Below, piece after piece: positions 25,499 through 34,667 of a stretch of DNA of 41,827 nucleotides. Made by a program: the position numbers and the translations under genes. The DNA lies in NCBI GenBank assembly GCA_032119475.1, contig JAUMCA010000126.1, forward strand, positions 1 through 41,827. The letters are read 5' to 3'. The notes beneath the pieces are model-generated. The model worked only from the letters and a program-made list of their open reading frames with translations. It was not told the origin of the DNA and did not search any database. Position 1 is the stretch's first letter, and every line of letters starts with the position of its first letter. The stretch is from Thermoleophilia bacterium. Its GTDB lineage: Bacteria > Actinomycetota > Thermoleophilia > Gaiellales > F1-60-MAGs149.

Positions 25499-27103
25499 GG
25501 CGGGGTCGATTACGGCGACGAGCGCGCCGGCGTCGACGAACGAGCCGGCGGCGACCGGCACGTCCGCGATGGTGCCGGCGAACGGCGCCTCGAGGCGGTG
25601 CTCCATCTTCATCGCCTCGAGCACCGCGATCAGGTCGCCCGCCGCCACGGTCGCGCCCGGGGCGACGGCCACCTCGAGCACCATGCCGGGCATCGGCGCG
25701 ATCAGCCGACCGTCGCTCGCGGCCACCCGCGACCGTTCGGGCGCCTGGGGAACCGGCAGGCGGCCCCCGGCGCGGCTGCCCGCGAGCCGCCAGGCGCCGG
25801 CGAACGGGCCCTGCGGGCGCGCACGCCGGCTGAGCGGCGGGTGCTCGTCGAGGAACGCGGTCGTGGCGGTGCCCGCGAGCACGTCGGGTTGGCGGACCAG
25901 CCAGCGCAGAAACGGCAGGTTCGTCTCCACGCCGTCCACGACCACCTCGTCGAGCGCCGCCGTCAGCCGCTCCAGCGCGCCGGCCCGGTCGTCGCCGTGC
26001 GCGATCAGCTTCGCGATCAGGGGGTCGTAGGCGCTCGGGATCGCGTCGCCCTCGGCCACGCCGGCGTCGCAGCGGATGCCGTCGGGGAGGCGCAGCCGTC
26101 GGACCGTGCCGGTGCGCGGGAGGAACCGCAGCGGATCCTCGGCGTAGAGGCGCAGCTCGATGGCGTGGCCGTGCGCGGTGGGTGACGCGGGAACGCGCCC
26201 GCCGTCGGCGATCCGGATCTGCTCGGCGACGAGGTCCACGCCGGTGACGAGCTCCGTCACCGGGTGCTCGACCTGGATGCGCGCGTTGAGCTCCAGGAAC
26301 CAGATGCCCCCGTCGGCGTCGACGAGGAACTCGGCGGTGCCGGCACCTGCGTAGTCGGCGGCCCGCGCGAACGCGATCGCCGCCTGCTCGAGCCGCGCGC
26401 GCAGCGCCGCGTCCACGATCGGGGAGGGTCCCTCCTCGAGCACCTTCTGGTGGCGCCGCTGGATCGAGCAGTCGCGCTCGCCGAGCGCGATGACGCCGCC
26501 GTGCGCGTCACCGAGGAGCTGCACCTCCACGTGGCGCGGGCGCTCGACCAGGCGCTCCGCGTAGACGCGTCCGTCGCCGAACGCCGCGGCGGCCTCGCGC
26601 TCGGCCGCCTCCCGCGCCGCGTCGAGCTGGCTGGCGTCGCGGACGACGCGCATGCCGCGCCCGCCGCCGCCGGCGGCGGCCTTGAGGAGCAGCGGATAGC
26701 CGACGTCGTCCGGATCGCCCTGGGGGAGCACCGGGACGCCCGCCGCTGCCGCGATCGCCTTCGCCTCGAGCTTGTCGCCTGCGCGGTCGATGACCGCCGG
26801 CGGCGGTCCGATCCAGCGGACGCCGGCCGCCTCGACCGCCCGCGCGGCGTCGCCGCGCTCGGCGAGGAACCCGTAGCCGGGGTGGACGGCGTCGGCCCCC
26901 GCCGCCGCGGCGGCCGCTGCGATCGCGTCGGCGTCGAGGTACGAGGCCACGTCGACCGTGCGGTCGCAGGCGCGCGTGTGGAACGCGCCGCGATCGTCGG
27001 GCGCCTGGACGGCGATCGCCTCGAGGCCCAGCGAGCGGCAGGTGCGCGCGATGCGCGCCGCGATCTCGCCGCGGTTGGCGATCAGGACGGAGCGGATCGC
27101 CAC
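25496..27103 (-). CDS. acyl-CoA carboxylase alpha subunit (biotin carboxylase + biotin carboxyl carrier domain)
   Basis: Lies inside ORF 25496..27256(-). The start is placed at GTG 27101-27103 (VAIRSVLIANRGEIA...), 6 nt after GAGGAG. It has an ATP-grasp BC domain and a C-terminal biotinyl domain with the EAMKME motif. Length is 535 aa. Confidence 0.9.
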   Translation of the reverse strand: MAIRSVLIANRGEIAARIARTCRSLGLEAIAVQAPDDRGAFHTRACDRTVDVASYLDADAIAAAAAAAGADAVHPGYGFLAERGDAARAVEAAGVRWIGPPPAVIDRAGDKLEAKAIAAAAGVPVLPQGDPDDVGYPLLLKAAAGGGGRGMRVVRDASQLDAAREAAEREAAAAFGDGRVYAERLVERPRHVEVQLLGDAHGGVIALGERDCSIQRRHQKVLEEGPSPIVDAALRARLEQAAIAFARAADYAGAGTAEFLVDADGGIWFLELNARIQVEHPVTELVTGVDLVAEQIRIADGGRVPASPTAHGHAIELRLYAEDPLRFLPRTGTVRRLRLPDGIRCDAGVAEGDAIPSAYDPLIAKLIAHGDDRAGALERLTAALDEVVVDGVETNLPFLRWLVRQPDVLAGTATTAFLDEHPPLSRRARPQGPFAGAWRLAGSRAGGRLPVPQAPERSRVAASDGRLIAPMPGMVLEVAVAPGATVAAGDLIAVLEAMKMEHRLEAPFAGTIADVPVAAGSFVDAGALVAVIDPA

Positions 27104-27837
27104 GGCGGCTCCTCGTCGGCGAGCAGGGCGCGGAGCCCCGCCTGCCCCTCGGCGGAGCTGCGCACGTCGGCGATGAGCTGCGCGAGGTCCTCCTCGGACG
27201 GCCGCTCGCGCAGCATCCGCTTGGCGATGCGCACGGCCTCCGGCCCGTTCGCGCACAGGAGCCCGGCGAGCCGGTCCGCCTCCGCCAGCGGGTCCTCGGC
27301 GATGCCGGCGACGAGCCCGATGCGGAGCGCCTCGTCGGCGTCGAAGCGCTCGGCCGTCAGCAGGTAGCGTCGCGCCGCGGTCGGGCCGATCCGGGCGGTC
27401 ACGTAGGGCGAGATCGTCGCCGGCACGAGCCCGATGCGGGTCTCGGTGAAGGCGAACCGCGTGCCGGGCGCGGCGATCGCGATGTCGCAGCAGGCGACGA
27501 GGCCGGCGCCGCCGGCGATCGCGTGGCCGTGGACGGCCGCGACGACCGGCGCGGGGCAGGCGTCGAGGGTGCGGAACAGCGTCGCCAGCCGCTGGCCCTC
27601 CGCGCGGTTGGCCTCGTGGTCGAGGTCAGCGCTCGCGCGCATCCAGTCGAGATCCGCGCCCGCGCTGAAGCTGGGCCCCTCGCCACGCAGGACGACGCAG
27701 CGCGCGTCGCCGACGTCTCGGACGGCCGCGGTCAGGTCCGCGATCATCCCAGCGTCGAACGCGTTGCGACGGTCCGGGCGCGTCAGCGTGACGCGCAGCA
27801 TCGGACCGTCGCGATGGGTGGAGACGGTCTCGCCCAT
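27082..27837 (-). CDS. enoyl-CoA hydratase (methylglutaconyl-CoA hydratase-like by context)
   Basis: This is the 251-aa part of ORF 27082..29154(-), starting at ATG 27835-27837 (MGETVST...). Crotonase blocks are PDRRNAF, FSAGADLDWM, and VVAAVHGHAIAGGAGL. Its 3' end overlaps the alpha-subunit start by 22 nt. Confidence 0.85.
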   Translation of the reverse strand: MGETVSTHRDGPMLRVTLTRPDRRNAFDAGMIADLTAAVRDVGDARCVVLRGEGPSFSAGADLDWMRASADLDHEANRAEGQRLATLFRTLDACPAPVVAAVHGHAIAGGAGLVACCDIAIAAPGTRFAFTETRIGLVPATISPYVTARIGPTAARRYLLTAERFDADEALRIGLVAGIAEDPLAEADRLAGLLCANGPEAVRIAKRMLRERPSEEDLAQLIADVRSSAEGQAGLRALLADEEPPWRSAPS

Positions 27838-27839
27838 CG

Positions 27840-29387
27840 CTACATCCGGAAGACGCCGAAGGAGGGGGCGGGAATCGGGTCCTGCGCGGCCGCCAGGCCC
27901 AGCGCCAGGACGCGGCGCGTGTCGCGCGGGTCGATCAGGCCGTCGTCCCACAGGCGGGCCGTCGCGAAGTAGGCGTCGCTCTCGGCCTCTAGCCGGTCCC
28001 GGGCCTCGGCCGCCGCGTCGCTGCCGACCTGCTCCAGCACGAGCGCGGCCTGCTCGGCGCCCATCACGCCCGTCCGCGCGTTCGGCCACGCCCACAGCTG
28101 ACGCGGCTGGAACGCGCGTCCGCACATGCCGTAGTTGCCGGCGCCGAACGAGCCGCCGATGACCACGGTGAACTTCGGCACCTGCGCGCACGACACCGCG
28201 GTGACGAGCTTGGCGCCGTCCTTGGCGATGCCGCCGTGCTCGGCCCGCGTGCCGACCATGAAGCCGGTGATGTTCTGCAGGAAGACGAGCGGGATCCGCC
28301 GCTGGCAGGCCAGTTCCACGAAGTGCGCGCCCTTCAACGCCGACGCCGACACGAGCACGCCGTGGTTGGCCAGGATCGCGACGGGCTGCCCCTCGATCTC
28401 CGCGAAGCCGCACACCAGCGTCTCGCCGTACTCGGCCTTGAACTCGTGGAAGCGGCTGCCGTCGACGATGCGGCCGATGACCTCGCGCACGTCGTACGGC
28501 TGGCGGTAGTCGACCGGCACGACGCCGAGCAGGTCCTCGGGGTCGTGGAGCGGCGCATCGCCCCCGACGGGTGCCGGGCGGGCGGGCGGCAGCGTCGCCA
28601 CGATCTCCCGGACGATCGCGAGGGCGTGCTCGTCGTCCGCGGCCTCGTGGTCGGCGACGCCGGAGATGCGCGCGTGCACCGCGGCGCCGCCGAGGTCCTC
28701 CGCGGTCACCTCCTCGCCGGTGGCGGCCTTCACGAGCGGCGGGCCGCCGAGGAAGATCGTCCCGGTGCCGCGGACGATCACCGTCTCGTCGCTCATCGCC
28801 GGCACGTACGCGCCGCCGGCCGTGCACGATCCCATCACGGCGGCCACCTGCGCGATCCCGGCCTGCGACATGCGCGCCTGGTTGTAGAAGATCCGGCCGA
28901 AGTGATCGCGGTCGGGGAACACGTCCGCCTGCATCGGCAGGTAGGCGCCGCCGGAGTCGACGAGGTACACGCAGGGCAGGTGGTTCTCGAGCGCGACCTC
29001 CTGCGCCCGCAGGTGCTTCTTCACGGTCAGCGGGTAGTACGTGCCGCCCTTGACGGTCGCGTCGTTGGCCACGATCACCACCGGCCGGCCCTGCACCGCG
29101 CCGATGCCCGTGACGATCCCCGCCGCCGGGACGACGCCGTCGTACATCTCCCACGCCGCGAGGGCGCCGAGCTCCAGGAACGCGCCGTCGGGATCGACGA
29201 GCCGGTCGATGCGCTCGCGGGCGAGGAGCTTGCCGCGACCGCGATGCCGCTCGCGGGACGCCTCGCTGCCGCCGACGGCGATGGCCTGCCGGCGCTCGAC
29301 CAGCTGGGCGACGAGGGCGTCCATGGCGCGGGCGCGATCCGCGAACTGCGGGTCCGCGCGGTCGACGTGGGTGGGCAGGATTCCCAT
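27840..29387 (-). CDS. acyl-CoA carboxylase carboxyltransferase (beta) subunit, methylcrotonyl-CoA carboxylase-like
   Basis: This is the 515-aa part of ORF 27840..30701(-), starting at ATG 29385-29387 (MGILPTH...). Carboxyl_trans blocks are [59 protein letters not shown], and [11 protein letters not shown]. Confidence 0.9.
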   Translation of the reverse strand: MGILPTHVDRADPQFADRARAMDALVAQLVERRQAIAVGGSEASRERHRGRGKLLARERIDRLVDPDGAFLELGALAAWEMYDGVVPAAGIVTGIGAVQGRPVVIVANDATVKGGTYYPLTVKKHLRAQEVALENHLPCVYLVDSGGAYLPMQADVFPDRDHFGRIFYNQARMSQAGIAQVAAVMGSCTAGGAYVPAMSDETVIVRGTGTIFLGGPPLVKAATGEEVTAEDLGGAAVHARISGVADHEAADDEHALAIVREIVATLPPARPAPVGGDAPLHDPEDLLGVVPVDYRQPYDVREVIGRIVDGSRFHEFKAEYGETLVCGFAEIEGQPVAILANHGVLVSASALKGAHFVELACQRRIPLVFLQNITGFMVGTRAEHGGIAKDGAKLVTAVSCAQVPKFTVVIGGSFGAGNYGMCGRAFQPRQLWAWPNARTGVMGAEQAALVLEQVGSDAAAEARDRLEAESDAYFATARLWDDGLIDPRDTRRVLALGLAAAQDPIPAPSFGVFRM

Positions 29388-29447
29388 CGGCCGGAAGCGT
29401 ACTGCGGGCCCCGTGCCCGGGCGCGACGACCCGGTAGCCTTCCCCCC

Positions 29448-30791
29448 GTGGACGAGACCTGCGAGATCGTCGTCGTCGGCGCCGGGATCGCCGGCCTCAG
29501 CGCGGCGTGGGAGCTGCGCGACCGCGAGGTGGTCGTCCTCGAGGCGTCGGAGCGGCCGGGCGGCCGCATCATGTCCGTGCCGCGCGGCGACCACTGGCTC
29601 AACCTGGGCGCGCACGTGTTCGCCGGCGAGGACTCCGGCGTCGGCCGCCTCGTCGCCGAGAGCGGGGTGCGGGCCTCGACGATCCCCGGCGTGCTCACCG
29701 CCGTGTCGTACCGCGGCACGCTCCTGACGGGCGGGCGCGTCGAGCTGTACCCGTTCCGACTGCCGATCTCGCTGCGCGGCAAGATGGACTTCGTCCGCGT
29801 CGGGATGCGACTCAAGCGCCGTGTCGGCGAGTACGCGCAGGTCGTGCAGCCGCGGGCGGGCGAGTCGCTGCCGGAGCGCCAGGAGCGCGTCCTCGCGTTC
29901 ATGGACGACCGCTCGGCGATGGACGCGCTCGGCCCGATGTCCCCGGAGGTCGACGCCTTCTTCCGCTGCACGCTGACGCGCGGCACCGGCGAGCCCGAGG
30001 AGATCGCCGCGGGCTACGGCATCGGCTACTTCCACATGGTCTGGGACAAGACCGGCGGCATGGGGCGCAACATCGTCGGCGGCACCCAGACCCTGATGGA
30101 CGCGCTCGCCGCCCCGCACGGCGACCGCGCCCGCTACGGCGCCCGGGTCACGCGCATCGCCCAGGACGCCGACGGCGTCACCGTCGTGTACCGCCAGGGC
30201 GACGCCGAGCGCACGCTGCGGGCGCGGTCCGCCGTCGTGGCCACGCAGGCCTTCGCGACGCGCGAGATCGTGGAGGGCCTGCCGCCGGACATGGCGGCCG
30301 CGATGCGCGAGCTCCGCTACGGGCCGAACGTCTGCGCGGCGTTCCTCACCGACGAGGAGGGGCCGCAGCGGTGGGACGACGTCTACGCGATCGCGACCCC
30401 GGAGCGCTCGATCACGATGCTGTTCAACATGGACAACGTCTCGCGGGCGGTCGGCGCGCCCCGTGCGAAGGGCACGAGCTTCATGGTCTACGCCGTCGCC
30501 GACCTCGGCCGGCGCGCGCTCGAGATGGAGGGCGAGGCCGTGCTCGACGCGTACCAGCGCGACCTCGAGGAGGTGCTGCCCGAGGTGCGCGGTCGCGTCG
30601 TCGAGCGGGTGCTCCGCAAGGTCGAGGGCGGGCTGCCGTTCCCGCACGTCGGGCGCGGCCGGCTCCAGTCGGCGCTGACCCAGCCGCTCGGCCGCATCCA
30701 CCTCGCCGGCGACTACCTCGGCTCCTGGTACGCGGAGACCGCGGCCCTGACCGGTCGCTGGGCGGCCGAGCGCGCCGGAGCGCAGCGGTGA
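29448..30791 (+). CDS. FAD-dependent amine oxidase / NAD(P)-binding oxidoreductase, paralog 1
   Basis: Lies inside ORF 28236..30791. The start is placed at GTG 29448 ([21 protein letters not shown]...). It has an N-terminal dinucleotide fold with GGR and a C-terminal IHLAGDY...ETAALTG flavin amine-oxidase-type motif. It is collinear with the ORF at 31745. Confidence 0.8.
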   Translation: MDETCEIVVVGAGIAGLSAAWELRDREVVVLEASERPGGRIMSVPRGDHWLNLGAHVFAGEDSGVGRLVAESGVRASTIPGVLTAVSYRGTLLTGGRVELYPFRLPISLRGKMDFVRVGMRLKRRVGEYAQVVQPRAGESLPERQERVLAFMDDRSAMDALGPMSPEVDAFFRCTLTRGTGEPEEIAAGYGIGYFHMVWDKTGGMGRNIVGGTQTLMDALAAPHGDRARYGARVTRIAQDADGVTVVYRQGDAERTLRARSAVVATQAFATREIVEGLPPDMAAAMRELRYGPNVCAAFLTDEEGPQRWDDVYAIATPERSITMLFNMDNVSRAVGAPRAKGTSFMVYAVADLGRRALEMEGEAVLDAYQRDLEEVLPEVRGRVVERVLRKVEGGLPFPHVGRGRLQSALTQPLGRIHLAGDYLGSWYAETAALTGRWAAERAGAQR

Positions 30792-31717
30792 GCGGTCTGG
30801 CCACGCTGCTCGCCGGCGGTCCGGCGGCGATCGACGGGGGCTTCGCGACCGAGCTCGAGGCGATGGGCCACGACCTGTCGGACGACCTCTGGTCGGCGCG
30901 GCTCCTCCGCGACGGCCCCGACGCCGTCGAGGCCGTGCACCTCGCGTACCTCCGCGCCGGTGCGCGGGTCGTGATCACGGCGTCGTACCAGGCGAGCGCC
31001 GAGTCGTTCGCGACCGCGGGCATCCCGGCGACCGAGGCGGACGGCCTGCTCGCCGCGAGCGTCACGCTCGCGCAGGCGGCACGTGCCGCGTGCGCGGCGG
31101 AGCGGCCCGAGGCGCTCACCGCGCTCGTCGCGGCGTCGCTCGGTCCGTACGGCGCGATGCTCGCGGAGGGGCAGGAGTACACCGGCGACTACGGCGGCGC
31201 CGGGCGCGCCGAGATCGAGCGCTTCCACCGGCCGCGGGTCGCCGCCCTGCTCGGCGCGGCGCCCGACCTGCTGGCGTGGGAGACGATCCCGCACGTGGCC
31301 GAGGCCGAGGCGATCGCCGATCTGCAGGCGGCGTTCGACGGCCCGGACGCCTGGGTCTCGTTCCAGTGCCGCGACGGCGGCCGGATCGCCGACGGCACGC
31401 CGATCGAGGACGCCGTCGCGCGCGTCGCGACCGCCCCGGGCGTCCGCGCGGTCGGCTGCAACTGCACGGCGCCCGAGCACGTGCTCGAGGTGATCTCCCG
31501 TGTGCGCTCAGCCGCGCCGGACCTCGCCGTGGTGGTCTACCCGAACGACGGCCGCGTGTGGGACGGCGCCGCGCGCGCCTGGGCGACCGGCGGCGCCGGG
31601 GGCTTCCCGGCCGAGACGGTGCGCGCGTGGGCGGCCGCGGGGGCGACGCTGATCGGCGGCTGCTGCGGCGTCACGCCCGACGGCGTGCGCGGCATCGCCG
31701 ACGCGCTCGCCGGCTGA
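30788..31717 (+). CDS. homocysteine S-methyltransferase family protein (MmuM/BHMT-like)
   Basis: Lies inside ORF 29507..31717. The GTG start overlaps the upstream TGA (GTGA at 30788-30791). Blocks are [10 protein letters not shown], the helix [26 protein letters not shown], and the Zn-ligand box IGGCCGVTP. Confidence 0.85.
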   Translation: MSGLATLLAGGPAAIDGGFATELEAMGHDLSDDLWSARLLRDGPDAVEAVHLAYLRAGARVVITASYQASAESFATAGIPATEADGLLAASVTLAQAARAACAAERPEALTALVAASLGPYGAMLAEGQEYTGDYGGAGRAEIERFHRPRVAALLGAAPDLLAWETIPHVAEAEAIADLQAAFDGPDAWVSFQCRDGGRIADGTPIEDAVARVATAPGVRAVGCNCTAPEHVLEVISRVRSAAPDLAVVVYPNDGRVWDGAARAWATGGAGGFPAETVRAWAAAGATLIGGCCGVTPDGVRGIADALAG

Positions 31718-31744
31718 CGCGCGCCACACGACTACGCTGCCTCC

Positions 31745-33079
31745 ATGGGCACCTACGACCACGACGTCATCATCGTGGGGGCCGGCATCGCCGGCCTCGC
31801 GGCGGCGTGGGACCTGCGCGACCGGGACGTGGTCGTCCTCGAGCGGGCGGGACGCGTCGGTGGCCGCATCCGCTCCGAGGCGCGCGGCGACCTGTGGCTC
31901 AACCTCGGGGCGCACGTGTACGCGGACGACGACTCGGCCGCCGGGACCCTGATGCTCGAGGCGGGCGCCGCACCACGCGACATCCCCGGCGTCCTCACGG
32001 CGGTCTCGTACCAGGGCCGGCTCGTCGCCGACGGGCCGCTCGAGCTCTACCCCTTCAAGCTGCCGATCTCGCTGCGGGGGCGCGCCGCCTTCGTCCGCAC
32101 CGGGTTGCGGCTGCGCCGCCTCGTCGCCGAGTACGGCGCGATGGCGGTGCCGCGGCCCGGCGAGACGCCGGCCGAGCGCCAGCAGCGGATGCTCGACTTC
32201 ATGGACGACCGCTCGTTCACCGAGGCCCTCGGCGTGCTGCACCCCGAGGTCGACGCGTTCTTCCGCTGCACCCTCACGCGTGGCACCGGGGAGCCGGAGC
32301 AGATCGCCGCCGGCTACGGCGTGGGCTACTTCCACCTCGCCTGGAACCAGGAGGACGGCCTGGGCCGCAACATCGTCGGCGGGCCCCAGACGCTGATCGA
32401 CGCGCTCGCGGCACCGCACGGCGACCGCATCCGCCTGGGCGCGGTCGTGACGCGCGTGGCGCAGGACGGGGACGGCGTCAGCGTCGACGTCGACGAGGAC
32501 GGCGCACGACGGACGCTGCGGGCACGGGCGGCGATCGTGTCGACGCCGTCGCACGTCACCGCCGAGCTCGTCCAGGGCATCCCCGCCGCGACCGACGCCG
32601 CGCTGCGCGCCGTCACCTACGGCCCGATGATCTCCGCCGCGTTCCTGACCGACGAGGAGGGCCCGCAGCGCTGGGACGGCATCTACGCCGTCGCCACCCC
32701 CGGACGGGCGACGTCGATGCTGTTCAACATGGGGAACGTCCTGATGCCGCAGCGGCCGCGCGGCTCGAGCTTCATGACGTACTCCTCGGCGAACCTCGCG
32801 CGGCGGATCATGGGCGAGTCCGACGAGACGATCCTCGACCGCTACCAGTCGGAGCTGGAGGGCGTCTTCCCGGAGCTCCGCGGCCACGTCGTCGAGCGCC
32901 TGCTCCATCGCGTGGACCCGGGCATCCCGTACCCGTTCGTCGGGCGCAGCCGCATCCAGCCGGCGCTGCTCGCCCCGCTCGGCCGCGTGCACCTCTGCGG
33001 CGACTACCTCGGCACGTGGTACGCCGAGACGTCCGTCTGGACGGGCCGCGCCGCTGCGGCGGCGGCGCGGATGCGCTAG
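31745..33079 (+). CDS. FAD-dependent amine oxidase / NAD(P)-binding oxidoreductase, paralog 2
   Basis: A 444-aa ORF ([22 protein letters not shown]...). It shares long identical blocks with the 29448 gene: [74 protein letters not shown], and MLFNM. Confidence 0.85.
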   Translation: MGTYDHDVIIVGAGIAGLAAAWDLRDRDVVVLERAGRVGGRIRSEARGDLWLNLGAHVYADDDSAAGTLMLEAGAAPRDIPGVLTAVSYQGRLVADGPLELYPFKLPISLRGRAAFVRTGLRLRRLVAEYGAMAVPRPGETPAERQQRMLDFMDDRSFTEALGVLHPEVDAFFRCTLTRGTGEPEQIAAGYGVGYFHLAWNQEDGLGRNIVGGPQTLIDALAAPHGDRIRLGAVVTRVAQDGDGVSVDVDEDGARRTLRARAAIVSTPSHVTAELVQGIPAATDAALRAVTYGPMISAAFLTDEEGPQRWDGIYAVATPGRATSMLFNMGNVLMPQRPRGSSFMTYSSANLARRIMGESDETILDRYQSELEGVFPELRGHVVERLLHRVDPGIPYPFVGRSRIQPALLAPLGRVHLCGDYLGTWYAETSVWTGRAAAAAARMR

Positions 33080-33086
33080 CGGGCGC

Positions 33087-33824
33087 TCACGCCACGACCT
33101 GGATCGTGCTCGCGACGCCGCGGGCGTCCTGCTCGCCGGCCGGGGTGCGCACGACGATGCGCACGCGGTCGGAGCGGAACAGGTCCTGCGAGTACTCGAA
33201 CGGGCGGCCGTCGCGGTCCCAGGCGGTGCGGATGATCGCGACCAGCGGGGTGGAGCGGCGGACGTCGAGCAGCGTCGCCTCGTCGCGTCCGGCGCCGACG
33301 ATCTGGATGCGCTCCTCGGCCTCGCCCGGCTGCACCCCGTAGTGGTCGAGCAGCAGCGCGTAGAGCGAGCCGGCGAGGCTCTGGTCGAGCAGGTCGGGGA
33401 AGCGCGCGGCCGGGAGCCGTGCGCGCTCGTACGAGATCGGCTCGCCGTCGGCCAGGCGGACGCGGACGATCTCCAGGACCGGCGCGCCGACCTGGAGGTC
33501 GAGCGCCTCGGCCGTCTCGGCGTCGGCGGGGATCGTCCCCGTCGAGAGGACCCGCGCGTCGGGGTTGAACCCCTGGCGGCGCAGGTACTGCGGCAGGCCG
33601 GCGAGGCTCGTCAGATCGCGTTCCACCTTGCGGGGCGCCACGAAGACGCCGCCCGTGCGGCCGGGCAGCCGCCGCACGGCGCCGGTGGTCTCGAGGGCGT
33701 CCAGCGCCGAGCGCAGCGTCGACCGGCTGACGCCGTAGTGGGCGGCGAGGTCGCGCTCGCCGCCCAGCCGCTCGCCGGGCGCGAGGGTGCCGTCGGCGAT
33801 CTCGCCCGCGATCCGGTCGCGCAC
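33087..33824 (-). CDS. GntR family regulator, HutC subfamily (wHTH + UTRA domain)
   Basis: This is the C-terminal part of ORF 33087..34448(-). It has a wHTH (ERDLAAHYGVSRSTLRSALDALETTGAVRRLPGRTGGVFV) and a UTRA-like C-terminal domain. The start is uncertain. GTG 33822-33824 is the first canonical start after the SDR stop, and a CTG at 33879-33881 overlapping that stop is the alternative. Confidence 0.75.
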   Translation of the reverse strand: MRDRIAGEIADGTLAPGERLGGERDLAAHYGVSRSTLRSALDALETTGAVRRLPGRTGGVFVAPRKVERDLTSLAGLPQYLRRQGFNPDARVLSTGTIPADAETAEALDLQVGAPVLEIVRVRLADGEPISYERARLPAARFPDLLDQSLAGSLYALLLDHYGVQPGEAEERIQIVGAGRDEATLLDVRRSTPLVAIIRTAWDRDGRPFEYSQDLFRSDRVRIVVRTPAGEQDARGVASTIQVVA

Positions 33825-33877
33825 CTGCGCCGCGGCCGGGCCCAGCGGAGCACCCGGCTGCTGCGGGACGCGGGGGC

Positions 33878-34657
33878 TCAGATCGCCTCCATCGCCGAGG
33901 GCGCCTCCGGCAGCGTCTGCCCGCCGTCGACGACGATCGTCTGGCCGGTGATGAACTTCGCCTCGTCGGTGGCGAGGAACATCGCGGCGGTGCCGATGTC
34001 CTCGACCTCGCCGAGGTGCCCGAGGGGGATCGACTCGGCCGCGGTGCGCAGGTAGTCCTCGCCCAGCCCCTGCAGGCCCTCCGTGAGGACGTTGCCCGGC
34101 AGGACGGCGTTGATGGTGATCTTCTTCGGGGCGAGCTCCATCGCGGCGCCGCGCATGAAGCCGAGCTGGCCGGCCTTCGACGCGCCGTAATGCGAGAGCG
34201 CCGGGATCGCCGTGAACGGCCCCGTGATCGACGACGTCAGGACGATGCGCCCGCGGCCCGACTGCGCGAGGGCCGGGATGGCGGCGACGACCGTGAGGAT
34301 GTTGCCCTTCAGGTTCGTGTCGAGCATGTCGTCGAGCGCTTCCTCGGTCATCTCGTCGAGGCGCGTCTCCGGGAAGATGCCGGCGTTCGCGCAGAGGACG
34401 TCGAGCGCACCGTGGCGCGCGACGACCTCGTCCACCATGCGGCGGCACTCGTCGGCCTTGCGCACGTCACCCTGGACGAACGAGGCGTTCTCGCCGAGCT
34501 CGGCGACGGCCGCCTCGCCGGTCGCGGCATCGCGGCCCGACACGGCCACGCGGCAGCCGGCGCGCGCGAAGACGCGGGCGATGCCCAGGCCGATGCCCTT
34601 CGTGCCGCCGGTGACGAGGACGCTGCGGCCCTCCAGGGGGGTGAACATCGTGCTCAT
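33878..34657 (-). CDS. short-chain dehydrogenase/reductase (amino-alcohol/aminoketone dehydrogenase by context)
   Basis: A 259-aa ORF. It has TGGTKGIG (TGxxxGxG), NAG, and the catalytic S...YGASK (YxxxK). The RBS GAGGAG overlaps the upstream stop. Confidence 0.9.
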   Translation of the reverse strand: MSTMFTPLEGRSVLVTGGTKGIGLGIARVFARAGCRVAVSGRDAATGEAAVAELGENASFVQGDVRKADECRRMVDEVVARHGALDVLCANAGIFPETRLDEMTEEALDDMLDTNLKGNILTVVAAIPALAQSGRGRIVLTSSITGPFTAIPALSHYGASKAGQLGFMRGAAMELAPKKITINAVLPGNVLTEGLQGLGEDYLRTAAESIPLGHLGEVEDIGTAAMFLATDEAKFITGQTIVVDGGQTLPEAPSAMEAI

Positions 34658-34667
34658 CTCGTGCTCC

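Noticed and set aside
24279-29387. Calling the acyl-CoA dehydrogenase plus carboxylase genes a complete leucine/isovalerate (liu) cluster.
   Set aside because: The dehydrogenase keeps the C-terminal catalytic Glu (EIGEGT) typical of SCAD/MCAD rather than isovaleryl-CoA dehydrogenase. It is separated from the carboxylase operon by the convergent double hairpin. No HMG-CoA lyase is present. The carboxylase is therefore only called MCC-like.
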